64,000 bases of DNA, taken from assembly GCA_964625205.1 (NCBI GenBank), contig CAZVAW010000003.1:13034-77033 (forward strand). The letters are read 5' to 3'. Both the position numbers and the translations under genes were made by a program. Within the stretch, counting starts at the first letter, position 1; every line of letters begins with the position of its first letter. The notes under the pieces were generated by a model. That model saw nothing but the letters and a program-made list of their open reading frames with translations, made no database searches and was not told the DNA's origin. The DNA comes from an uncultured Desulfurococcaceae archaeon (lineage in GTDB: Archaea; Thermoproteota; Thermoprotei_A; Sulfolobales; Desulfurococcaceae). This document shows, one piece after another, positions 27,684-35,859 of the stretch.

Positions 27684-28007
27684 ATGCTTAAAGGTGGATG
27701 GATCCTAGTCTTAGTTACTGCTTCGGATAAAAAAGAGGCTATGAAAATAGCTAAGAAATTGGTTGAAAATAAACTAGCGGCTTGTATAAACATAGTTGAT
27801 AATATTCATAGCATTTATTGGTGGCAGGGTAAAGTTGAGGAGTCTAACGAATCTCTCCTTATAATTAAGACTCGTATAGATAAGCTAGAGAAACTTATAG
27901 AGACTATTAAGTCTCTACATAGCTATAGTGTTCCTGAGGTAATAGCTCTCCCCATAATAGGTGGTTATAATAAGTACTTAGAATGGCTTGAAGAGTCAAT
28001 ATCCTAG
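27684..28007 (+). CDS. cutA: Divalent-cation tolerance protein CutA
   Basis: LAACINIV..IHSIYWWQGKVEESNESLLIIKT and HSYSVPEVIALPI motifs. Confidence 0.85.
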   Translation: MLKGGWILVLVTASDKKEAMKIAKKLVENKLAACINIVDNIHSIYWWQGKVEESNESLLIIKTRIDKLEKLIETIKSLHSYSVPEVIALPIIGGYNKYLEWLEESIS

Positions 28008-28077
28008 GATCGATTAATCTTAATTTGGTTTTTAAGTACCATATATATTTTAGGAGAAGATTATTCAGTGGAAACAC

Positions 28078-29325
28078 ATGAGGACTATCACTATTATAAT
28101 GTTAATAATTATATTATCAACTATAATGTGTTGTATTCCTAGCTTATCTTCTCCAACTATACTACCCATGCTTACTATTAAGTTGGTGTTATGTGATGGA
28201 GAACCTTTACCCAATGCTACCGTTAAGGTAGCACCTAGTATTTATTATATTGATGATAAGAACAATACGGAACATGTAGTTATAAATATAACAGATAAAG
28301 ATGGTATAGCTGTATTATACAATGTGGAAGTTTCAGACTTTACCAATAAAGTATATGTAGCGATCTATTACAGTATATACGGCAAAATACATGCCGATAG
28401 TTATACTTTCGACCCACAAACACGTTATATTGAGATAACTCTACCCTATAAAAAACTTAGTTTAAACTATAAAGTTACCGATGAATACCTTAATCCGTTA
28501 AATGGCTCGTTTAAGTTAATCTATACAGATTCTAATGAGAAAGTATATGAAGGAATAATACTTGATGGAGAAATCACACTTAACTCTATTCTTTACAGGG
28601 GACGTTATTTATTAATAGATAATGGTCAAGCATCTAAGCATATATCGTATCAATTATTGGTTAATGTGAAAGGGCAGAGCTATACATATACCATTACATG
28701 GAATAGTTTAGCTCATGACATAGTCATAGATTTATATAATCCAGTTGTAAATCTAAGTGTGTCGAAAAAAGTATATACTCGTGTTAATATAGCGTGGATT
28801 ACCGTATTGATCAATGTTTCAGACGGTGTATACTCAAATAAAATAAACTTAATAGTCTTAGCTAGGTGGATAAAAGCAAATAAAACTATTTATAGGAATG
28901 ATTTTCCCTTACCGGCCCAGATCTATGAATTCAAAGCAGTATATAATACTACGTTTCACGTATTACTTGATAAAAACTATGAGAATGATTTAATTGATTT
29001 AATTGTTTATGCAGTTGATCCTAGTGGTAAAACTACTTGTAAAGAAACATTAATTGATCCGTGGCCAGAGACCGCTGAGACTCTGATTACGTCTAGTAAA
29101 CCAGTTGATAACACAAGTATTAATGAAAGTATGTTGCCGACTCCATATTCCAGTAGTGGAATTAACGGCGAAAATCAGACAAATAGAGGTAGTTATTTTA
29201 ATCCTCCCAAAACTAGTCAGGTTTTGGGTTTTGATAAGAGTATTTATTTCATTGGTATTATTGTGTCGCTGGTTATACTCATTATTGAGATAAAGACTCG
29301 TCCGTCAACACGAGAACATTCTTAA
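28078..29325 (+). CDS. Secreted surface protein, C-terminal TM anchor, S/T/P-rich stalk
   Basis: Signal-like MRTITIIMLIIILSTIMCCIPSLSS. Stalk PVDNTSINESMLPTPYSSSGINGENQTN. Anchor IGIIVSLVILIIEI followed by a basic tail. Confidence 0.6.
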   Translation: MRTITIIMLIIILSTIMCCIPSLSSPTILPMLTIKLVLCDGEPLPNATVKVAPSIYYIDDKNNTEHVVINITDKDGIAVLYNVEVSDFTNKVYVAIYYSIYGKIHADSYTFDPQTRYIEITLPYKKLSLNYKVTDEYLNPLNGSFKLIYTDSNEKVYEGIILDGEITLNSILYRGRYLLIDNGQASKHISYQLLVNVKGQSYTYTITWNSLAHDIVIDLYNPVVNLSVSKKVYTRVNIAWITVLINVSDGVYSNKINLIVLARWIKANKTIYRNDFPLPAQIYEFKAVYNTTFHVLLDKNYENDLIDLIVYAVDPSGKTTCKETLIDPWPETAETLITSSKPVDNTSINESMLPTPYSSSGINGENQTNRGSYFNPPKTSQVLGFDKSIYFIGIIVSLVILIIEIKTRPSTREHS

Positions 29326-29989
29326 CGTTATTGCCAGATCTTATGTTTTTCAACGCTTTAGCAGCTAATTCTAATGCTTTTCTAGCTTTGAATGCTATAC
29401 CCACACCTACTTTTATATAGGAGGGAATAATGTTAAGAAACTCCTCATACCTATCTATTGGCAGTACTGCTATAACGTTGTCTCCGCCTAGATAACTAGT
29501 TATTCCAGCATATTTGAAGGCATAGTCATTTATATATTTATAGATCGTCATAATCTCGAGATAAGATTCATATATACTTGTTTGCACCGCTAGTTCCGTT
29601 ACCTTATTTAGATCTATATGTGCAATAACAATATTATCCTCTACGCCATCTTCATAGAAAAACTCGTTTTTACCAAGTATTTGATGAGCTCTTAGTAAAG
29701 CTATAACAGGATATTTATGAATAGTTGATACTACACGTACGCCATATGGTGTGTAGGGTTTTATCTTCTCAATTATATTCTTTAAAGTATTACAGGTTAA
29801 ACCATTACTTAATACTATGTAGTAGTCGTATCTAAACGGTAATACAAAACATTCTTTCTCCCAAAAATACTCTTGGAGTAAACCGTATAGTTTTGATTGT
29901 TTAACTTGAATAACGCCTTCTCTATCGTATCCTAGTTCTTCTGTCCATTCACGATACTTTACTAGCTCTATAAGGGTTATGCGGGGCAA
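29282..29989 (-). CDS. arfA: GTP cyclohydrolase III (archaeal riboflavin/F420 pathway entry enzyme)
   Basis: IAHIDLN, YLGGDNVIA and KVGVGIA blocks match the MJ0145-type enzyme as I recall it. It is the last gene of the rib operon. Confidence 0.7.
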   Translation of the reverse strand: MPRITLIELVKYREWTEELGYDREGVIQVKQSKLYGLLQEYFWEKECFVLPFRYDYYIVLSNGLTCNTLKNIIEKIKPYTPYGVRVVSTIHKYPVIALLRAHQILGKNEFFYEDGVEDNIVIAHIDLNKVTELAVQTSIYESYLEIMTIYKYINDYAFKYAGITSYLGGDNVIAVLPIDRYEEFLNIIPSYIKVGVGIAFKARKALELAAKALKNIRSGNNVKNVLVLTDESLSQ

Positions 29990-29999
29990 TTAGATCACG

Positions 30000-30452
30000 T
30001 CATTCGATAAATATTGTTTCACCACTATAAATTTTCTCGGAGAACATCTTTGATCTCTTGATCATCTTAGCTACTGATTCAACAGCTCTACGTGCATAAT
30101 CTTCGACTCTCTCTAACGCTTGTCCTCTCGTAGCACCAGGCCCTATTATACCTAGTCCTACTGGTTTATTGTACTTGATCATGAGATCTAGTATTTTACG
30201 TGCAGCTTGATTAGCTATTACCTCATCATGTTTTGTCTCACCTTTTATAACAGCGCCCAATACTACGACGCCGTCGATCTCATCGCGGCTAAGCAATTGG
30301 TTCACAGCATATGGTATCTCATAAGTACCGGGTACTCTATAGACATATGCTACCTCAAGTCCGAGAAAGTTAGCATGATCAATTGCTTTTCTAAGCATTA
30401 GATATGTGATGTCATAGTTAAACTCGGATACAACAATACCTATTTTACCCAT
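30000..30452 (-). CDS. ribH: 6,7-dimethyl-8-ribityllumazine synthase
   Basis: [21 protein letters not shown] and [15 protein letters not shown] motifs. Confidence 0.9.
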   Translation of the reverse strand: MGKIGIVVSEFNYDITYLMLRKAIDHANFLGLEVAYVYRVPGTYEIPYAVNQLLSRDEIDGVVVLGAVIKGETKHDEVIANQAARKILDLMIKYNKPVGLGIIGPGATRGQALERVEDYARRAVESVAKMIKRSKMFSEKIYSGETIFIE

Positions 30453-30462
30453 ATAAACCCCC

Positions 30463-30936
30463 TTATTCCTCCTTAATAGGTCCTACATCTGGTATTCCTT
30501 GTCGTAATCCTTTACCAGCATATTTTGTTAATGCTTCACCACCATATTTAAGTAATTTTGCTAGATTCAAGGCATGTTTTCTCGCCCTATCAATTGCTAT
30601 CTCATATAACTCGTTGGGATCATTAGATTCGTCTTCATGAACTGTAACATCTATAACATGTTTACCAGTCAAGACCTGTAACATTATCAAACCTATGCTC
30701 ATAGCGAGATAACTATATTTATCCACAATACCCGGTCCTACCCAGCCTAACGTTATAACGCCGTCGCATTTCATATCAATTAATAGTTTACGCGCAGCTA
30801 CTGGAATATCCTTTATACCAGGTACAGTATAGCGTATGATCTCGGCATCTGGTAGTTCTTCGCGTAAAACTTTTACAACAACGCGAGCCATATCTACACG
30901 TGCAAAAGTAGTATCTACTACTCCTACTCTAGTCAT
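30463..30936 (-). CDS. ribC: Riboflavin synthase, archaeal type
   Basis: [26 protein letters not shown] and AGKGLRQG motifs. Confidence 0.85.
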   Translation of the reverse strand: MTRVGVVDTTFARVDMARVVVKVLREELPDAEIIRYTVPGIKDIPVAARKLLIDMKCDGVITLGWVGPGIVDKYSYLAMSIGLIMLQVLTGKHVIDVTVHEDESNDPNELYEIAIDRARKHALNLAKLLKYGGEALTKYAGKGLRQGIPDVGPIKEE

Positions 30937-31615
30937 TTAGCAAGCCCCTCTGCTCAGCCTCAGCTAATATATCTGCGCCCTCAATAAATACGAGGTTATT
31001 TCTCCTAGCAAATCTTCGAGCATCCTCATAGGAAAGGCTGATACCCTCATCTAGCATCTCGGCAATAACCATTGCGGGGGTTAAACCAGTTATTAACGCT
31101 AAAGCAGTTACTAGCTCAGTATGCCCTTTTCTATTAGCTAACCCCCTTGAAGTAAGTATGGGTACATGACCCGGTGCATAAAACTCTTTAATAAAGAGAT
31201 CACGTGCCTCGTTTGCGAAACCCTTATAAACTAGCCTGGCTACTTCGGCTAATTTCTTAATTGTAAGTGCTCTATCATTATCACTTATACCAGTACGGGT
31301 TCCTATATGATTGACCCATATATTAAACGCTGGTGGATCGCCATATCTCGGGTTTTTACTGCTTAGTTCACGTAATATATTATGGTTTAACATTAGATCA
31401 CGCATAAATGGGAGATCAAGTATCTCCCTAAATAATCTCCCCGAAACAAAACATATTAATCCACCAGCGTTTCTCCTCAAATAAGCAATTTTACTACCCT
31501 TTATTTCCTCGGCGTAGAAAACCATATCGACTTCTGCTTCTCGTTTTGCACTATCAAATACTAGGACTGGTTTTCCAGTCACAAGTTCGTTTCTTACTCT
31601 TACCCATTCCGTCAT
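30929..31615 (-). CDS. ribB: 3,4-dihydroxy-2-butanone 4-phosphate synthase
   Basis: REAEVDMVF, GGLICF, PGHVPIL and GHTELVTALA motifs. Confidence 0.88.
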   Translation of the reverse strand: MTEWVRVRNELVTGKPVLVFDSAKREAEVDMVFYAEEIKGSKIAYLRRNAGGLICFVSGRLFREILDLPFMRDLMLNHNILRELSSKNPRYGDPPAFNIWVNHIGTRTGISDNDRALTIKKLAEVARLVYKGFANEARDLFIKEFYAPGHVPILTSRGLANRKGHTELVTALALITGLTPAMVIAEMLDEGISLSYEDARRFARRNNLVFIEGADILAEAEQRGLLND

Positions 31616-31683
31616 AGCGTGGGCCTCTGCATGTTTTAACCTAAGGTAATAGTCTTTACGGTTTAAGACACTTGCGCTTAAAA

Positions 31684-32796
31684 CTATTTCCTAACTAACC
31701 ATATAATCCCAATAATAACAACTGCTATAATGATGAAAACCATGATCTCTAGCATTGGAGGGGAATTTGTATATTCTTCTGCAGTTACTGTGATACTTTT
31801 ATTAACTCTTACACCGATATCAACTGTTTTATTACTATGAGGATCAATAGCATATATTAGGAATGCTTGAACTAAATAGTTCCTAGTTGAACTAGCGTTA
31901 AGAAATGCCATTGTTTTCTTAAGGTTAACTATAACGTAGCCGTAGTTATCTCCATCATTGAATATATTTATCTTACTCGAATTTTTCTTAAACTCCACTC
32001 TAATCTTAGAACCTGGTAACCCACCTATAATAACTTCTATATCACCTAGATCTAGGTATCCATAAGATGCAGAATGAGGCAGGTTTTCTTCATCAACGTC
32101 AAATGCTAGTTTGAGCGTCATATTAAGTTCTTGTTCCAAAGTATATGAACTTATACTGTAAATCAACTCACCTTTAACGGGGGTCATCAACCCTAAATGA
32201 TCATATACGTATCCTTTAAGAAAACCAGAAACACGACCATACTCTCTATTCCATCCACTAACATTACCTTGGATTGTAAAGATATTGACTGGTAAATCTT
32301 TATAGTATTTTGTGCCCTCATAGGATATCTTGATATTTAAAGTTACGTTTTCACCGAATTTAGATGTAACGACTTTTCTCAAAGTTTCAAAATAATAAAC
32401 TGTGATAAAGGTGTTTCTATAGAAGTCTTCCATATCCGTATATTCAATCTTATTTTTAATTGAACGACAACCATTTGAACCTGGCGTTAATGATTTTATT
32501 TCAATGGAAGTCCCTGTATTAACGCGGATCCATCCACCAGTACAAGTTGTTTCTACTCTCCTAGTAATATTTCCTTTACTAAACATTATTGTATTATTTA
32601 TTCTCATTTCCATATGCATAAGCGAATAAGCTTCCTTGGGATAACCTGGTATCTTGTATGATATTGACACTTTATTTTCCATAATAGATTTTAATACTAA
32701 ATTATATTGGGTAGTGTCATTATTATTATTAGCTTGGATTATGTCTGCATTGGATAGGAGGAACATCAGCAGTACTAGGAATGGTAATATTCTCAT
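31684..32796 (-). CDS. Secreted surface protein with C-terminal TM anchor
   Basis: Signal-like MRILPFLVLLMFLLSNA. Many N-x-S/T sites. Anchor MVFIIIAVVIIGIIWLVRK. Confidence 0.6.
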   Translation of the reverse strand: MRILPFLVLLMFLLSNADIIQANNNNDTTQYNLVLKSIMENKVSISYKIPGYPKEAYSLMHMEMRINNTIMFSKGNITRRVETTCTGGWIRVNTGTSIEIKSLTPGSNGCRSIKNKIEYTDMEDFYRNTFITVYYFETLRKVVTSKFGENVTLNIKISYEGTKYYKDLPVNIFTIQGNVSGWNREYGRVSGFLKGYVYDHLGLMTPVKGELIYSISSYTLEQELNMTLKLAFDVDEENLPHSASYGYLDLGDIEVIIGGLPGSKIRVEFKKNSSKINIFNDGDNYGYVIVNLKKTMAFLNASSTRNYLVQAFLIYAIDPHSNKTVDIGVRVNKSITVTAEEYTNSPPMLEIMVFIIIAVVIIGIIWLVRK

Positions 32797-32934
32797 TTAT
32801 TCAACACCACATATTATTACGTAGTAAGGTCTAGTATCTATACCACAATATATTGGTCTTAACCGATTATTAATTTAATCAGTTACTCTTTAGTTTTAAA
32901 TAAACTTAAATCTACTCTTAACAACTATTTTACT

Positions 32935-34119
32935 TTGGTGATGATGACTCCTAGTCCAGCCAGATATGTGAAGAGGGGATCTCCGACGCTGAACCTTACT
33001 ATAAATGTTCATCACCTACTATATGGAGAGGATCTAGAGGATCTGGGTAGATCGCATATTATTGTTGAAAATGGTACTATCAAAGAAATAGGGCAAGGAT
33101 GGCGTAACGATCCCGACTTTATAGGTGGCGTTGCTTTACCTCTCCCATCTAATGCTCATGTCCATTTAAATGACTATAGGGCTTTAGATCGCTATTACGG
33201 GTTATCTTTAGCAGAATATGTTGGTTCTAAGGGTTTAAAACATCCGCTTATACGTTTATATAAGGAGCCTCTCTTAACCGAGGAATTATTAAATGTTCTT
33301 ATACAGTATCGTGTTATTGTTGATTATCAAGAGTTGTTTCTCCTATGTAGGGAATACCAAGAGATCCTGGGTAAATATGGTATATTGTATTATGGATTAT
33401 CTAGGCCTAGTAGTTGGCATGATGAAAATGAACTGTTTAATGTTATAATGTTATGTAGTGGCGTGGGGATCTCTAATCCTTCACGTATTCCATCTACGGC
33501 ATTACCATTACTTGCTCAGATATCCCTATCTAAGATCGTCTCAGCACATGTCTCAGAGACCAAGTATATGGAGGAAACTGGAGGACTCCACTATTTAATT
33601 AACAGTAGAATAAAGCTTAAACATATAGTACATGGGGTTTATTTAGAGGATTGGGAGCTTAAGTTCTTAGCCGATAACGATATAGCGTTAGTAATTACTC
33701 CTCGAAGCAATATATGGTTTTTAAACAAATTACCTAATGTTTTAAAAGCCTTAGAGTATGGCGTAGTGTTAGCGCTTGGCACCGATAATGCTGGGTGTTT
33801 TCATCCGGATGTATGGTTAGACGCATATTATCTACACAGCTTGTTAAAGATAGAGCCTAAGAAGGTTTTAGAAATGATACTTATAAATGGATATAAAGCT
33901 ATTGGTGAAAAACCCGTTTATATATATGAGGGTGAGAAAGCGTTTTTCATGATAGCTGATCTCGGACTTGCCAATGAAAGATCAGGGAATATATATTTAT
34001 CACTAATTAATAGGATACTATGGAGTAAACAAAAATTAATCATTAAATACGATCGAATGTATTTGTTGGGAAGTAAAATGGAAAAGATGGTGATTAGAAG
34101 CAATGAGTATAAGGCTTGA
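32935..34119 (+). CDS. Amidohydrolase (chlorohydrolase / nucleoside-deaminase-like subfamily)
   Basis: NAHVHLND (HxH), SAHVSET, VHGVYL and LGTDNAG metal-ligand pattern. The start is uncertain (TTG 32935, ATG 32941/32944 or GTG 32968). Confidence 0.7.
   Translation: MVMMTPSPARYVKRGSPTLNLTINVHHLLYGEDLEDLGRSHIIVENGTIKEIGQGWRNDPDFIGGVALPLPSNAHVHLNDYRALDRYYGLSLAEYVGSKGLKHPLIRLYKEPLLTEELLNVLIQYRVIVDYQELFLLCREYQEILGKYGILYYGLSRPSSWHDENELFNVIMLCSGVGISNPSRIPSTALPLLAQISLSKIVSAHVSETKYMEETGGLHYLINSRIKLKHIVHGVYLEDWELKFLADNDIALVITPRSNIWFLNKLPNVLKALEYGVVLALGTDNAGCFHPDVWLDAYYLHSLLKIEPKKVLEMILINGYKAIGEKPVYIYEGEKAFFMIADLGLANERSGNIYLSLINRILWSKQKLIIKYDRMYLLGSKMEKMVIRSNEYKA
32937..32996 (+). ncRNA. C/D-box sRNA-like element overlapping the annotated 5' end of the amidohydrolase ORF
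   Basis: GTGATGATGA with C box 32941-32947, D CTGA 32989-32992, 52-nt span. The internal boxes are weak (CAGA 32961-32964, GTGAAGA 32968-32974). Confidence 0.3.
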
Positions 34120-35206
34120 TCCATGGGGTCATCTCGATATTTCAGATTATAGTAAATTATTTAAGCAATTCGGGATTGAGCCTATAGATAAGATCTTGGA
34201 TCTATTACCAAGTAAACATTACTTCTTTACACGCAAAATAGTGTTTGGGCATCGTGATATGGATAAATGGTTAGATGCCTTGAGGAAAGGAGAGAAAACA
34301 ATAGTGTTAACGGGGTTTATGCCTAGTGGTCATACACACTTGGGTCATATCATGGTTTTCGAGGAATTAAAATATTTGCAACAACTAGGTGTTTACGTTA
34401 AAGTAGCTATAGCTGATGCTGAGGCGTATGCCGTCAGAAGATTAGACCGTAGTAAAACTATCAAGTATGGTCTCGAATACATAGCACACGCATTGGCGTG
34501 GGGGCTTGACCCGGAAAAAACTAGTTTCTATTTCCAAACAAGCCATGGTAAAGAGTATTATAGATTAATCCAGTTGTTTTCTAGAAAGATAAGTATGGCT
34601 GAAATGGAGGCCATATATGGTGAGCTTTCGCCAGCAAAGATTATGGCTGCCTTAACACAAGCAGCTGATATTCTCCACCCACAACTAAAGGTTTATGGCG
34701 GTTATAAGTATGTTATAGTGCCAGTTGGCGCTGATCAGGATCCTCATATAAGGCTTACACGGGATCTGGCTGATCGTTTCGAGCATGAACTAGGCCTAAT
34801 TAGGCCTTCTTCGATGTATCATAAGTTTATAACTGGTTTAGATGGTAATAAGATGAGTAGTTCTAGACCAGATTATGCTATATTTCTATTAGATGATCTA
34901 GATACTATTCGTAAGAAGATAATGATGGCTTTAACGGGTGGTCGAGCAACTGCTAAAGAACAGAGAAAACTTGGTGGCGAACCACATAAATGTACTGTTT
35001 ATCAGCTACACATGTATTTCATTAATGACGAAAAAGAATTGTTAGAAATATATAACGATTGTATCTCTGGGAAAATCTTATGTGGACAATGTAAGAAGAG
35101 AATAGCCGATAAGATATTAACTATTATAAGGGAGCACCAAAAAAGGTATCGCGAAATAATAGATTCTGGTTTAATTAATAAAGTTGTTGAAAAACCGAGT
35201 TTTTAG
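34103..35206 (+). CDS. trpS: Tryptophanyl-tRNA synthetase (with C-x22-C-x6-C-x2-C motif)
   Basis: LDPWG N-terminus, HIGH-type motif PSGHTHLGH, KMSSS loop and GADQDPH. Confidence 0.85.
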   Translation: MSIRLDPWGHLDISDYSKLFKQFGIEPIDKILDLLPSKHYFFTRKIVFGHRDMDKWLDALRKGEKTIVLTGFMPSGHTHLGHIMVFEELKYLQQLGVYVKVAIADAEAYAVRRLDRSKTIKYGLEYIAHALAWGLDPEKTSFYFQTSHGKEYYRLIQLFSRKISMAEMEAIYGELSPAKIMAALTQAADILHPQLKVYGGYKYVIVPVGADQDPHIRLTRDLADRFEHELGLIRPSSMYHKFITGLDGNKMSSSRPDYAIFLLDDLDTIRKKIMMALTGGRATAKEQRKLGGEPHKCTVYQLHMYFINDEKELLEIYNDCISGKILCGQCKKRIADKILTIIREHQKRYREIIDSGLINKVVEKPSF

Positions 35207-35859
35207 ATCAATCCTAGTTCCTCTAAGAACATACGTGTAGATTTTACTGGATCTATAGCTTTAGTAATAGCACCCCCAACTATTATTATATCAACTCCTA
35301 TATTGAGGAACTTTTTAGCATCACCATGTTTGATCCCACCAGCTACTGCTATCTTAGCGTTTATTTTCTTCCTTAACTGTTTAAGTTCAGATAATAGATC
35401 TGTTACTGTAATACCTCGTTTCCTCTGAACATCTATCCCCACATGATACAATATTATATCAACACCTATATTATCTAATTCGATAGCTCTTCTAAATGGA
35501 TCAGGGTGGTTGATGAGATCAACAATAAGTGTTTTTCTGTACTCCCTAGTCTTCTCTAATGCCTCTTTAATAGTTTCATCGTCAGCAACGCCAAGTACTG
35601 TGAAAGCATCTGCACCGGCTTTATAGAAGATCTCGGCTTCAAGCCCGCCAGTATCCATTGTTTTCGCATCCGCTACTATAAAGCAATTAGTTAGTTCTTT
35701 CAAAGCTTTAACTGCTATACGTCCCCATGACTTTATCAATGGTGTACCAGCTTCTAACCATATGTTTTGACACGATACACTAGACACTATCCTAGTGCTT
35801 AGATCAAGCACTTTGAACAGATCTGTTAGATCAAGCGCTATTTGAAGTATGGGCCTCAA
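35203..35859 (-). CDS. hps: 3-hexulose-6-phosphate synthase (OMP-decarboxylase superfamily)
   Basis: ILQIALDL, ADAKTMD, VGIDVQ and VAGGI motifs. The TTG start overlaps the upstream stop (TTGA). Confidence 0.78.
   Translation of the reverse strand: MRPILQIALDLTDLFKVLDLSTRIVSSVSCQNIWLEAGTPLIKSWGRIAVKALKELTNCFIVADAKTMDTGGLEAEIFYKAGADAFTVLGVADDETIKEALEKTREYRKTLIVDLINHPDPFRRAIELDNIGVDIILYHVGIDVQRKRGITVTDLLSELKQLRKKINAKIAVAGGIKHGDAKKFLNIGVDIIIVGGAITKAIDPVKSTRMFLEELGLI

Noticed and set aside
31616-31683. Possible riboswitch in the rib operon leader (hairpin GTCTT-AAACCGT-AAGAC on the minus strand).
   Set aside because: The leader is only 68 nt, far too short for an FMN aptamer, and has none of its conserved features. 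It is probably just promoter/leader sequence.
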